Shown here: positions 10,251-18,291 of the stretch, piece by piece | How positions within the stretch are numbered: the first letter of the stretch is position 1 | Layout: the number at the start of each line of letters is the position of its first letter | NCBI GenBank assembly: GCA_944393415.1 | Contig: CALYAD010000054.1 | Coordinates: forward strand, 34,989-98,988 | Direction: 5' to 3' | Length of the DNA: 64,000 nt | DNA from: an uncultured Clostridia bacterium | Lineage (GTDB): Bacteria; Bacillota; Clostridia; Oscillospirales; CAG-272 | Notes under the pieces: generated by a model | The model's database searches: none | Told to the model about the DNA's origin: nothing | Seen by the model: the letters and a program-made list of their open reading frames with translations, nothing else | Translations under genes and position numbers: made by a program

Positions 10251-11099
10251 TCAAGCTTTCTTGAACAAATTGCATGCCTCATCGTAGGCATGGCGCTCAA
10301 AATCCGCGTACATTCTGCCGCGCGACATCGCCTCGTCAAAATCCACCTCGTATCCGTTGAAATCCGGTCCGTCAACACAAGCAAACTTCGTTATCTTCTC
10401 GCCGTTACGGTTAAGGGTGAGACGGCATCCTCCGCACATGCCAGTACCGTCTATCATAATCGGGTTCATCGAGACCGTGACCGGGATACCGAACGGTTCG
10501 GCGGTCTTAACGACGAATTTCATCATTATCAAAGGTCCAATTGTTATTATCGCGTCATATCTTTCACCGCCCTCGAGCAGCTCCTTCAGCGGAACGGTAA
10601 CGTTGCCGTGACGACCGTATGAGCCGTCGTCTGTCATAAGAACCATTTTATCAGAGCAGGCCCGGAACTCCTCCTCAAGTATCACAAGGTCCTTGTTTCT
10701 GAAGCCGATTATGCTCGTCACATTCGCTCCGAGCCTGTGAAACTCCTGCGCCACAGGCATTGCGATGGCGCAGCCCACGCCTCCGCCGACGATACAAACC
10801 TTATTTATGCCTTCCGTATGAGTGGCGACTCCGAGCGGACCTACAAAATCCTGAATATATTCACCCTCGTTTTTATGGTTAAGACACTCGGTGGTAGCGC
10901 CGACTACCTGGAATATGATCTTGACCGTTCCCTTTTCCGGGTCACAGCCCGCCACGGTCAGCGGTATTCGCTCTCCATCCGCGTCCACGCGCAGTATAAT
11001 GAACTGCCCCGGCTTTGCCTTTGCCGCAACAAGAGGAGCCTCTATCTCCATCTGTGTCACCGTGGGATTCAAAACCTTTTTACAAGCGATCCTGTACAT
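10251..11099 (-). CDS. nfnA: Sulfide/dihydroorotate dehydrogenase-like FAD/NAD-binding subunit (NfnA-type small subunit)
   Basis: 282 aa with a C-terminal CGGC...C [2Fe-2S] motif and an FNR-like fold signature. It is paired with nfnB immediately downstream. Confidence 0.85.
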   Translation of the reverse strand: MYRIACKKVLNPTVTQMEIEAPLVAAKAKPGQFIILRVDADGERIPLTVAGCDPEKGTVKIIFQVVGATTECLNHKNEGEYIQDFVGPLGVATHTEGINKVCIVGGGVGCAIAMPVAQEFHRLGANVTSIIGFRNKDLVILEEEFRACSDKMVLMTDDGSYGRHGNVTVPLKELLEGGERYDAIITIGPLIMMKFVVKTAEPFGIPVTVSMNPIMIDGTGMCGGCRLTLNRNGEKITKFACVDGPDFNGYEVDFDEAMSRGRMYADFERHAYDEACNLFKKA

Positions 11100-11290
11100 A
11101 TGTACTCTCCTTTTTATAGAATGTTATCGTGTTACGAGCGGTATTAATAACAGCTCTTTTTATCTAAATATATCGGCAAAACGGCAATTTTCAGACATTC
11201 CCTTATTTTCACGAAAAGGACGGCTGCCGGGCTAACCGGCATCCGCCCATTTGACTGTCTCGACCTTTTGGTTATTTTCGTTACCTGAGA

Positions 11291-12508
11291 TCAGAAATCG
11301 ACCTCGGTGTCATAGTAGCAGCATTTAAGAAGCTTTTCCATCTCTTCCTGGCTCGGCTGACGGGGATTGGAGCCGGTGCACGCGTCGCCGATCGCGTTCT
11401 TTGCAATCTCCGGGAGACGCTCAAGGAATACCTTCTCCGGAACAAATCCGTTTTCGCAGGGATAGCTGTCCGCGCCGTAGTTCTTTATGCAGTGCGGAAT
11501 ATTCAGATCGTCGTTCATCTTACGCAGATAAGCGATGAGAAGCGCTATCTTCTCTTTTACAGTGCTTCCGCCGAGATTCATGAAGTCCGCTATCTCAGCG
11601 TAACGCTTCGCGGCGGTTTCATCCTTGGCGTTGAAAGCAATGACTTTAGGAAGATACATGGCGTTTGCCGCACCGTGGATTATATGCGCGCCGTAATCGG
11701 CGAAAGCCGCTCCAGTTTTATGAGCCATTGAGTGAACGATACCGAGAAGGGCATTTGAAAACGCCATGCCCGCAAGACACTGCGCGTTGTGCATGGAATC
11801 ACGTTTCGCCATATCTCCGTTATAGGAAGCTACCAGATCATTTTGGATCATCTTGATGGCATGAAGCGCAAGCGGATCCGTATAATCGCAGTTGGCGGTA
11901 GAAACATACGCCTCGATAGAGTGCGTCATAGCGTCCATACCGGTGTGCGCTACCAGCTTCTTAGGCATCGTCTCCGCGAGCTCCGGGTCAACAATAGCTA
12001 CGTCAGGGGTGATCTCAAAGTCGGCTATCGGATACTTGATACCCTTCTGGTAGTCGGTGATAATGGAGAAAGCCGTAACCTCGGTAGCCGTACCGGACGT
12101 AGAGGAAATTGCGCAGAACCGCGCCTTATGACGAAGACTGGGAATTCCGAATACCTTGCACATTTCCTCAAAGGTTATGTCCGGGTACTCATACTTTATC
12201 CACATAGCCTTCGCCGCGTCAATAGGAGAACCGCCTCCCATGGCAATGATCCAGTCGGGCTTGAATTTAAGCATTGCGTCGGCGCCGCGCATAACAGTTT
12301 CGACGGACGGATCGGGCTCGATGCCCTCAAAAAGCTCGACCTCCATACCGGCTTCCTTCAGATAAGCCACAGCCTTGTCAAGAAATCCGAAGCGCTTCAT
12401 CGAGCCTCCGCCTACGCAGACCATCGCGCGCTCGCCTTTGAATGTTTTGAGCGCTTCAAGCGCTCCCTTACCGTGATAAAGATCTCTTGGAAGAGTAAAA
12501 CGTGCCAT
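11291..12508 (-). CDS. Iron-containing (group III) alcohol dehydrogenase
   Basis: 405 aa with GGGSPIDAAK and His-rich metal motifs (HSIEAY, HSMAHK, HG). GGAGGA SD. Confidence 0.9.
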   Translation of the reverse strand: MARFTLPRDLYHGKGALEALKTFKGERAMVCVGGGSMKRFGFLDKAVAYLKEAGMEVELFEGIEPDPSVETVMRGADAMLKFKPDWIIAMGGGSPIDAAKAMWIKYEYPDITFEEMCKVFGIPSLRHKARFCAISSTSGTATEVTAFSIITDYQKGIKYPIADFEITPDVAIVDPELAETMPKKLVAHTGMDAMTHSIEAYVSTANCDYTDPLALHAIKMIQNDLVASYNGDMAKRDSMHNAQCLAGMAFSNALLGIVHSMAHKTGAAFADYGAHIIHGAANAMYLPKVIAFNAKDETAAKRYAEIADFMNLGGSTVKEKIALLIAYLRKMNDDLNIPHCIKNYGADSYPCENGFVPEKVFLERLPEIAKNAIGDACTGSNPRQPSQEEMEKLLKCCYYDTEVDF

Positions 12509-12647
12509 AAGTATATCCTCCTGTTTTTATTTCAATTAATTTCGAGATGACCTTCATTTCATCCTGATATAATCATAACACATTCCACGCTGTTTGTAAA
12601 TGACTAAAAAAGCATACCCAACTTATCAATACTGATATATCGATTAC

Positions 12648-12676
12648 ATTGTACCATATTACTTGACGCTTGTCAA
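12648..12676 (-). promoter_or_regulatory. Sigma-A type promoter for the Fe-ADH gene
   Basis: The minus strand reads TTGACA, 17 nt, TACAAT, preceded by TGG (extended -10). The implied 5' UTR is about 130 nt. Confidence 0.6.
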
Positions 12677-12722
12677 TATTAACACCGTATTTTATGATAA
12701 AATATCAAAAAAATTCACAGTT

Positions 12723-14177
12723 TCAGCCGTAAATATACACACCTCGTCCCCATCCTGTTTTTTCTCCTATTTTCATCAGCTCGATATAACTCCGTCGAAG
12801 CGAGGTGTCAGCCGGAAGCTTAGACAGATCAGGAGTATAGTTCATATCGAACAGCCTCCATACCTCATGATAGTCCTTATACTCCCCTGACCTGATTATA
12901 TCGTAATCCGAAATAAAAGACAACAGATTAGACCACGGCTTCAGCATTTCCTTATGCCTCGGGAAAAGAAGCCATGAATCGCATACGAACACCGTCGGTC
13001 TGTCAATAAATTTATCGGAAAAGAATTCCTTAGCCTGAGCGTATGCCCGGTCGACGCTTTCTCTGTCAAGTCTTGTACCGGTTCTGGGTATATGTACGTT
13101 AAGTACAGTGCTGTCAGGAGTGAGGACAACGCCGTTTTTACTGTAATCTTCACCGAAGCGTATCGCCTCGAACTGCAGCTTTTCAAAGGCAAATCTTGTC
13201 ATATTGAAAAATCCGGGAAACCACCCGGGAACGAACGTACCCCAGTTACCGTATACCGCCCGGCACTCAAGCAGCTTGTATTTCAGGTCGAACATGCAGC
13301 GCTTCCACATATCCGAATCGACTCCGCGTTCCTTATAGTAGTCCCGCAATATCTCCGACATTAAAACAAACATCAGCAGATATCCGGTGTGCTCGTTTAT
13401 ACCTGTCTCACCGGACAGCGACTTCATTTCTTCGATCATGCCCTTATAGTCACAGTTCATGCTTTCTCTATACCGCGAAAGCAGCTGCTCAAGCTTTTTT
13501 GCCGCAGCCGTATTCCCGTATATCCTCTGAAGCGCCGAGATCAGACACTTTCGAGCTTCTTCAGGGTAATCGAATTTATCAAAAAAGAAATGCAGATAAT
13601 TTTGCTTGCAGTACATATGCACCTCTTGCCTGACTTCATCACTAAGAGGAATTTCTTTTTTTTCGCTTTCCATCATATTTCTTATAGCCTTGAACTTTGT
13701 TTCTTCGTCAGGCTCGCCGGACCAACATAAAAACCGAATGTCGTACTTTTCCTCCATTGCTTTCAGATATGCCTTTTCCTCTGCGCGGTCCCTGCTCAGC
13801 TTATAACCGGAATAGTCATAACTCCACTTCATCTTCCCTAAATATCCGAAGGCCGTGATTTGGGACAAGCACCATTTCCCATTCTTTTTGAATTTATTTG
13901 CCGCTATCACGCGGTCCTCAAGGATGGCTTTAACTGTGGCAAAAAGCTCGTCGTCCTCCTGTATATGCTCATGCGTACCGAGATATTCCACGGTAAATTC
14001 GCCGCAGTCATAAGAAATATATATACTGTTTTTGGGCTCGGTCGGGTTATCAAGCTTAATCCCGTGCCAATTTTCGGATTCGTCCCAACCCGCCTCCTCA
14101 CAATACTCGAAGCGCTCTTTTCTGCCGTCCGCCTCAAGCATCTTATTAAGCGCTTCCATAAGAGCATGAATTTCCAT
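12723..14177 (-). CDS. Acyltransferase-domain protein (NAT_N/GNAT_C-like C-terminal two thirds) with an extra N-terminal domain of about 180 aa
   Basis: The C-terminal part (YPEEARKCL...GWFPGFFNMTRFAFEKLQF...VLNVHIP...CDSWLLFP) resembles the clostridial 'acyltransferase domain-containing protein' family as I remember it. Start set at ATG 14177, 10 nt after AAGAAAGGAAC. The tracked start is a GTG inside the SD. Confidence 0.55.
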   Translation of the reverse strand: MEIHALMEALNKMLEADGRKERFEYCEEAGWDESENWHGIKLDNPTEPKNSIYISYDCGEFTVEYLGTHEHIQEDDELFATVKAILEDRVIAANKFKKNGKWCLSQITAFGYLGKMKWSYDYSGYKLSRDRAEEKAYLKAMEEKYDIRFLCWSGEPDEETKFKAIRNMMESEKKEIPLSDEVRQEVHMYCKQNYLHFFFDKFDYPEEARKCLISALQRIYGNTAAAKKLEQLLSRYRESMNCDYKGMIEEMKSLSGETGINEHTGYLLMFVLMSEILRDYYKERGVDSDMWKRCMFDLKYKLLECRAVYGNWGTFVPGWFPGFFNMTRFAFEKLQFEAIRFGEDYSKNGVVLTPDSTVLNVHIPRTGTRLDRESVDRAYAQAKEFFSDKFIDRPTVFVCDSWLLFPRHKEMLKPWSNLLSFISDYDIIRSGEYKDYHEVWRLFDMNYTPDLSKLPADTSLRRSYIELMKIGEKTGWGRGVYIYG

Positions 14178-14334
14178 TTTTATGTCCGTTCCTTTCTTAC
14201 ACACGATCAGCGTTTTGTGCGGTTTTTACTTGGCAAATCGGCGCCCCGCTTCTTAGCTTATATTTATATTATCATATCCGGTACGATTTTTCAAGTGGTT
14301 TTGCTTATAAAGCATAAGAAGGTAAAAAAATATA

Positions 14335-14495
14335 TAAGAAACCCTTTTGAAAAATGGTTTCTTACGATCTTCCCAAAACTTCTCTGAAAAAAGTGTTTGC
14401 CGCGTAAAGGCTGCGATGGATCAAGTCAGCGTTCAGACGGTTTCACGCTATCCCGCTTGCCGTATATTCCTTTAAGAAAAGTTTTTGGGAAGTAA
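14335..14495. repeat. Mosaic intergenic repeat copy (hairpin 14335-14364 plus downstream modules)
   Basis: Alignable by eye to the inverted sequence at 55519-55638. It ends with the AAAAGTTTTTGGGAAG module. Confidence 0.75.
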
Positions 14496-14504
14496 GGAAC
14501 GGTA

Positions 14505-14834
14505 TTATTCCTCCATTGCCCCGGATACCAACAGCTCCACAATATCGAGTATCCATTTCTGTTTATTTATCGGAAGCGTTTCAATAGTGTCGGAGAGCTT
14601 GCATGCCCGGTTACGTGCGGATTTGTCCACCAGATCACAGAAAACATCGTCCGCCGCGTATCCGAGACAATTCAGTGCCTCAACAAGCTTTTCATAGCTC
14701 GGCAGATTTATTCCTCTTTCAACGGCGGATATATAATTTGTGGATAAACCTATCATTTCGGCGAACTCTTCCTGCGTCAATCCTTTTTTCCTACGCATTT
14801 CCCTCAGTCTTTTCCCGATCTTATTTTGAACCAT
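14505..14834 (-). CDS. XRE-family helix-turn-helix transcriptional regulator
   Basis: IGKRLREMRRKKGLTQEEFAEMIGLSTNYISAVERG is a canonical Cro/C1 HTH. Start set at the ATG after GAGGGAG; the tracked start is a TTG. Confidence 0.85.
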   Translation of the reverse strand: MVQNKIGKRLREMRRKKGLTQEEFAEMIGLSTNYISAVERGINLPSYEKLVEALNCLGYAADDVFCDLVDKSARNRACKLSDTIETLPINKQKWILDIVELLVSGAMEE

Positions 14835-14856
14835 TTTCTCCCTCAATTCATTACTT

Positions 14857-14866
14857 ACAGTACTGT
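14857..14866. promoter_or_regulatory. 10-nt perfect palindrome ACAGTACTGT in the XRE 5' leader (possible auto-operator)
   Basis: Read directly from the sequence. It lies between the putative XRE promoter and the XRE start. Confidence 0.3.
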
Positions 14867-14889
14867 GCGACTGCTATACTTTAATATAT

Positions 14890-14918
14890 ATTATATGTGA
14901 TTATAAGTCCGCTTTGAA
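14890..14918 (-). promoter_or_regulatory. Putative promoter of the XRE gene
   Basis: The minus strand reads TTCAAA, 17 nt, TATAAT. Confidence 0.4.
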
Positions 14919-15080
14919 CGGTGTTATTAAGTTATTTATAACTTTAACTCAGTCATTTTGCATAAAATTCGTCATTTAAAGGAATAATGAGATAATATTT
15001 CTCCGATATTTCCATAACTATCGGAATAATCGATCAAAAAATTTCAGATACATTTATTCCCATAAATTAACATTTGATAC

Positions 15081-15109
15081 TTGACTTTTCCGCCAACATC
15101 GGTTATAAT
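15081..15109 (+). promoter_or_regulatory. Sigma-A type promoter for the small ORF at 15144
   Basis: TTGACT, 17 nt, TATAAT, located 35 nt upstream of the ATG. Confidence 0.6.
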
Positions 15110-15143
15110 AATAACAATATTAAACTAAGGAAAGCTGCTACAT

Positions 15144-15446
15144 ATGAAGAAAAAAGATGAATTATACCCCTCCTCGCGCGTGTACGCTTCAAGGATAAAT
15201 AAAAAAGATATCATACGCTCGGCTATATCACTTGCGCTACTCCTGCTTTTTATAATCCCTCTGTTTTTTCTTACCAAGGAACTGAATAACGATAAAGACA
15301 CGGACAAGTCCCTGCCGGTAAATGGTGAAAGCGGCTTATACAGTGATGCGGAAGCCGAAAGCGAGCCCGATCCGGATAACACCGCGTCCGAAGAGACCGG
15401 AGAAAACAGCGATGAATATGAGCTTCCGATAGTACCGGTCGGCTGA
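15144..15446 (+). CDS. Small single-pass membrane protein with an acidic C-terminal tail (100 aa)
   Basis: It has its own promoter, an AAGGAAAG SD, an ATG and a downstream terminator. One hydrophobic segment (IIRSAISLALLLLFIIPLFFL) is followed by a D/E/S-rich tail. No family recognised. Confidence 0.55.
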   Translation: MKKKDELYPSSRVYASRINKKDIIRSAISLALLLLFIIPLFFLTKELNNDKDTDKSLPVNGESGLYSDAEAESEPDPDNTASEETGENSDEYELPIVPVG

Positions 15447-15520
15447 AAGTGAGCCGGTATTAAAAACATTTTAAAAAGATAAAGATAAAAGTGACGTGAT
15501 GATTTTCCGGCTATAATAAA

Positions 15521-15560
15521 AACGGTTGTTTATTTACCGAGAGGTACTTAAGCAACCGTT
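15521..15560. terminator. Bidirectional rho-independent terminator
   Basis: AACGGTTG...CAACCGTT stem flanked by an A-run and a T-run. It sits between the convergent small ORF and the hydrogenase gene. Confidence 0.6.
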
Positions 15561-15612
15561 TTATATATTTTATTGAGAAGCCGCGCCGTTTTAACCTGAG
15601 CGCTCCGGTGTT

Positions 15613-17043
15613 TTATTTAAGCACGGATATCGCAGCGGTGATAGTTTTTTCATACGCCTGCTTACCGTATTTATCTACCTCAGCCTTATTCTTTTCACCG
15701 TGAGTGAGACAGCCCGCGCCTCCTATACAGCCCCCTATGCAGGCCATCCCTTCAATAAAGTTGGCGTCAAGAACGTTTTTGCTCTTCTTCAGTAAAGCCG
15801 CGCGACAGGCTTCTATACCGTCGCAGGATACCGGCTTGAGTTCAAAATCGGTTATACCGCGTTCCTTCAGCCCTTGAGCGACCGCGTCCGCAAGACCTCC
15901 GCAGCGAGCGAATATTCTCCCGAAATATGAGGCGTTATCGAGAACTCCCTCCTCAAGCTCGGTAATTTCCAGATCAATACTGTCAAAGAGCGCCTGAAGC
16001 TCCTCAAAGGTTATCGCCGCGTCAACATACGGACTGACGCTTTCCTGAAGCACCTCGGCCTTTTTAGCCGTGCATGGTCCGATAAAGACGATTCGGCTTT
16101 CGCTGTCGGTATCCTTTATGTATTTGGAGATGGTCGCCATCGGAGACAGATTATGCGAAATGTAAGGCGCAAGCTCCGGAAAGGACTTTCTTATATAGTC
16201 GACGAACGCGGGGCAGCACGAGCTTGTAAGAAAGCCCTTTTCCGCCAGCTCCTTTGATTCCTCGTACGCGACCATATCCGCGCCAAGCGCTGCCTCGATC
16301 ACCGTATGAAATCCCATTTTCTTAAGCCCCGTGATCACCTGTCCGAGCTTGGCGTATGTAAACTGGCTGGATATGGACGGAGCGACGACGGCGTACATTT
16401 TATATTTACTGTTTCCCTCGCTGCGCTTTATCAGATCTATGACGTCGAGAATGAACGATTTATCGTTGATAGCGCCGAACGGACACTGATAAACACAGGC
16501 CCCGCAGGCTATACATTTATCATTGTCTATTGACGCGGCGTTATCCTCGTTTATTGATATTGCCTTGATTTTACAGGCGTTCTGACACGGACGCTTGCGG
16601 TTTACTATAGCGGTATACGGGCAGACCTTCGCGCACGCTCCGCACTCCACGCACTTTGACTTATCGATATGCGCCACGTGATTGTGGTCGAAGGAGATCG
16701 CTCCTCTCTTGCAGGCATCCTCACAGCGATGGGCAAGACAGCCCCTGCAGGAGTCCGTGACCTCGTATCCCGCCGCCGGACACTCATCGCAGGCAATATC
16801 TATAACCTCGATGACGTTCGGATTGCTTTTATCCCCGCCCATGGCAAGCTTTACGCGTTCCGTGACTATCGCACGCTCTTTATATACGCAGCAGCGCATT
16901 GTCGGGATCTTTCCCGGAACTATTATGCCCGGGATATCCAGAACTGTCGTTTCGTTCAGATTATCCGCCCACGCCATGCGGGCCACCTCGCGAAGGACCT
17001 TATATTTCAGGTGCTGAACTTTTGTATCAAATATTCTCCTCAT
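15613..17043 (-). CDS. [FeFe]-hydrogenase, catalytic-type (monomeric group-B/HfsD-like) with multiple ferredoxin-like clusters
   Basis: H-cluster motifs TSSCCP, IGPCTAKKAE and EGMACIGGCIGGAG. Several CxxCxxCxxxCP motifs. AAAGAAAGGAAC SD. Confidence 0.9.
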   Translation of the reverse strand: MRRIFDTKVQHLKYKVLREVARMAWADNLNETTVLDIPGIIVPGKIPTMRCCVYKERAIVTERVKLAMGGDKSNPNVIEVIDIACDECPAAGYEVTDSCRGCLAHRCEDACKRGAISFDHNHVAHIDKSKCVECGACAKVCPYTAIVNRKRPCQNACKIKAISINEDNAASIDNDKCIACGACVYQCPFGAINDKSFILDVIDLIKRSEGNSKYKMYAVVAPSISSQFTYAKLGQVITGLKKMGFHTVIEAALGADMVAYEESKELAEKGFLTSSCCPAFVDYIRKSFPELAPYISHNLSPMATISKYIKDTDSESRIVFIGPCTAKKAEVLQESVSPYVDAAITFEELQALFDSIDLEITELEEGVLDNASYFGRIFARCGGLADAVAQGLKERGITDFELKPVSCDGIEACRAALLKKSKNVLDANFIEGMACIGGCIGGAGCLTHGEKNKAEVDKYGKQAYEKTITAAISVLK

Positions 17044-17118
17044 TTCAATGAGCGTTCCTTTCTTTGAGACGCTTCTGGCGAAAACAGTCTGATTTTTCGG
17101 GTTCGAACTGAAGCGCAG

Positions 17119-18291
17119 TCAGAAATAGCTTACCTTTATGCGCTTACCCATCTTTTTCAGACAGTCCGAAAGCTCTGAGACAAGATTCATTTTTATATTG
17201 AAGTTTATCGGAAGATCGGGATTCTGATGCGCCGGGTTTACCGCGCGCCCGACAAAAAAGTTTATATCCGTAGCCTCCTCAAACAAAAGCTGGCATATCA
17301 GAGAGGCGCCGTCGTGCTTAAAGCTCCATTGCTCGTAGCTCTTATTGTCACGGAGATAATCCTTTGCGTACGTCAGCACCTTGTTGACCGTAATAACCCC
17401 CTCGGTGACAAGATCGACGCCCTCTATCTCGGCGATAGGCGGTACGTCCGACTTCTCAAAATTCAGGCTTGCCTTGAGCGGTTTTCCGAGATACTTGGCC
17501 GCAATCGACGAGGTAGTTCCTCCGCATATAATATGCTTGCCCTCCTTTGAGAAAAAAAGCGACATCATCCTGTCGCAGTCGTCCCGGTTGGAGGGAGGAC
17601 CGAAGAGCAGGTTCATAGGCACGCGCTTTCGGAGTTTGACCACGCACGCGGTGGCGTCGTCACCCGGCATGCCTCCGTACAGCTTGTCGCACTCGTCTAC
17701 AAGTATGGTAGATAAGGTCTTGGCGGTATAGCCTACGTCCGCTATCATTTCCATAAACTCTACTATATCCTCGCGTTTCCAGCCGAAGTTATATTCGAGT
17801 CCCATGCCGGCGTGCGGACAGCCGTCGCTCATGAGCACGAAAACATCGTTTTCCTGAAGCCTGATCACCGACTTATAGATCTTTTTGCCTCCGATGCTCA
17901 TCTCCGTCATCGGATAATCCGTGTTTTTCCCGTTACGGAGAAGTATCACCTGGGGATTATCGTACTGTATGACCTCCGCTTCGCTGTTGTTTACGATATG
18001 AACTATCGTAAATGTCGAATAAGCGACTCCGCGCACCGAACAGATCGGAAGCGTAGCCGCTATGGTGGCCACGCAGTCCTCAAGCGACAGTCCCTGTGCC
18101 ATCATGGTTGATATGATTTTCGAGGTGAGGGTTGAGAGAATACTTGCCTTGACTCCGCTGCCGAGACCGTCCGCCAGCACCACTACAACGGAATCCTCGC
18201 CCTGCTCCACTATATCCACATGGTCTCCGCAAAGCTGTTCGCCGTAGTGGTTTATGCTTTTATACCCGATATCCGCACATAGATCATTCAT
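17119..18291 (-). CDS. SpoIIE/PP2C-family protein phosphatase (HfsC-like) with an uncharacterised C-terminal half
   Basis: N-terminal GDHVDI...VVLADGLGSGVKASILS...MSDGCPHAG...DDATACVV is a PP2C-type signature. Its start overlaps the upstream stop by 8 nt. Confidence 0.85.
   Translation of the reverse strand: MNDLCADIGYKSINHYGEQLCGDHVDIVEQGEDSVVVVLADGLGSGVKASILSTLTSKIISTMMAQGLSLEDCVATIAATLPICSVRGVAYSTFTIVHIVNNSEAEVIQYDNPQVILLRNGKNTDYPMTEMSIGGKKIYKSVIRLQENDVFVLMSDGCPHAGMGLEYNFGWKREDIVEFMEMIADVGYTAKTLSTILVDECDKLYGGMPGDDATACVVKLRKRVPMNLLFGPPSNRDDCDRMMSLFFSKEGKHIICGGTTSSIAAKYLGKPLKASLNFEKSDVPPIAEIEGVDLVTEGVITVNKVLTYAKDYLRDNKSYEQWSFKHDGASLICQLLFEEATDINFFVGRAVNPAHQNPDLPINFNIKMNLVSELSDCLKKMGKRIKVSYF

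Noticed and set aside
9936-10622. 228-aa plus-strand ORF spanning the nfnB/nfnA junction. Similar long antisense ORFs occur at 18254-18913, 34852-35670, 50275-50979 and 35687-36343.
   Set aside because: All lie opposite well-supported genes, have no ribosome-binding sites and give compositionally biased translations.
12671-12684. Rex-box-like near-palindrome TGTCAATATTAACA overlapping the -35 of the Fe-ADH promoter. Isolated TGTGAA/TTCACAA half-sites also occur upstream of rex (about 25030 and 25131).
   Set aside because: The established Rex operators I know are 6-4-6 (TGTGAA-N4-TTCACA or TGTTAA-N4-TTAACA). This dyad has 6-2-6 spacing, and the other hits are single half-sites. I could not find a convincing Rex box by eye; a PWM scan would be needed.
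15125-15469. 114-aa minus-strand ORF overlapping the small plus-strand ORF
   Set aside because: The plus-strand ORF has a consensus promoter, an SD and a terminator. The minus-strand product is Ser-rich low-complexity sequence without an SD.
17100-17108. GGTTCGAAC, resembling a tRNA T-loop
   Set aside because: The flanking bases cannot form a T-stem, and no acceptor or anticodon arms are present. It lies in a 75-nt intra-operon spacer.
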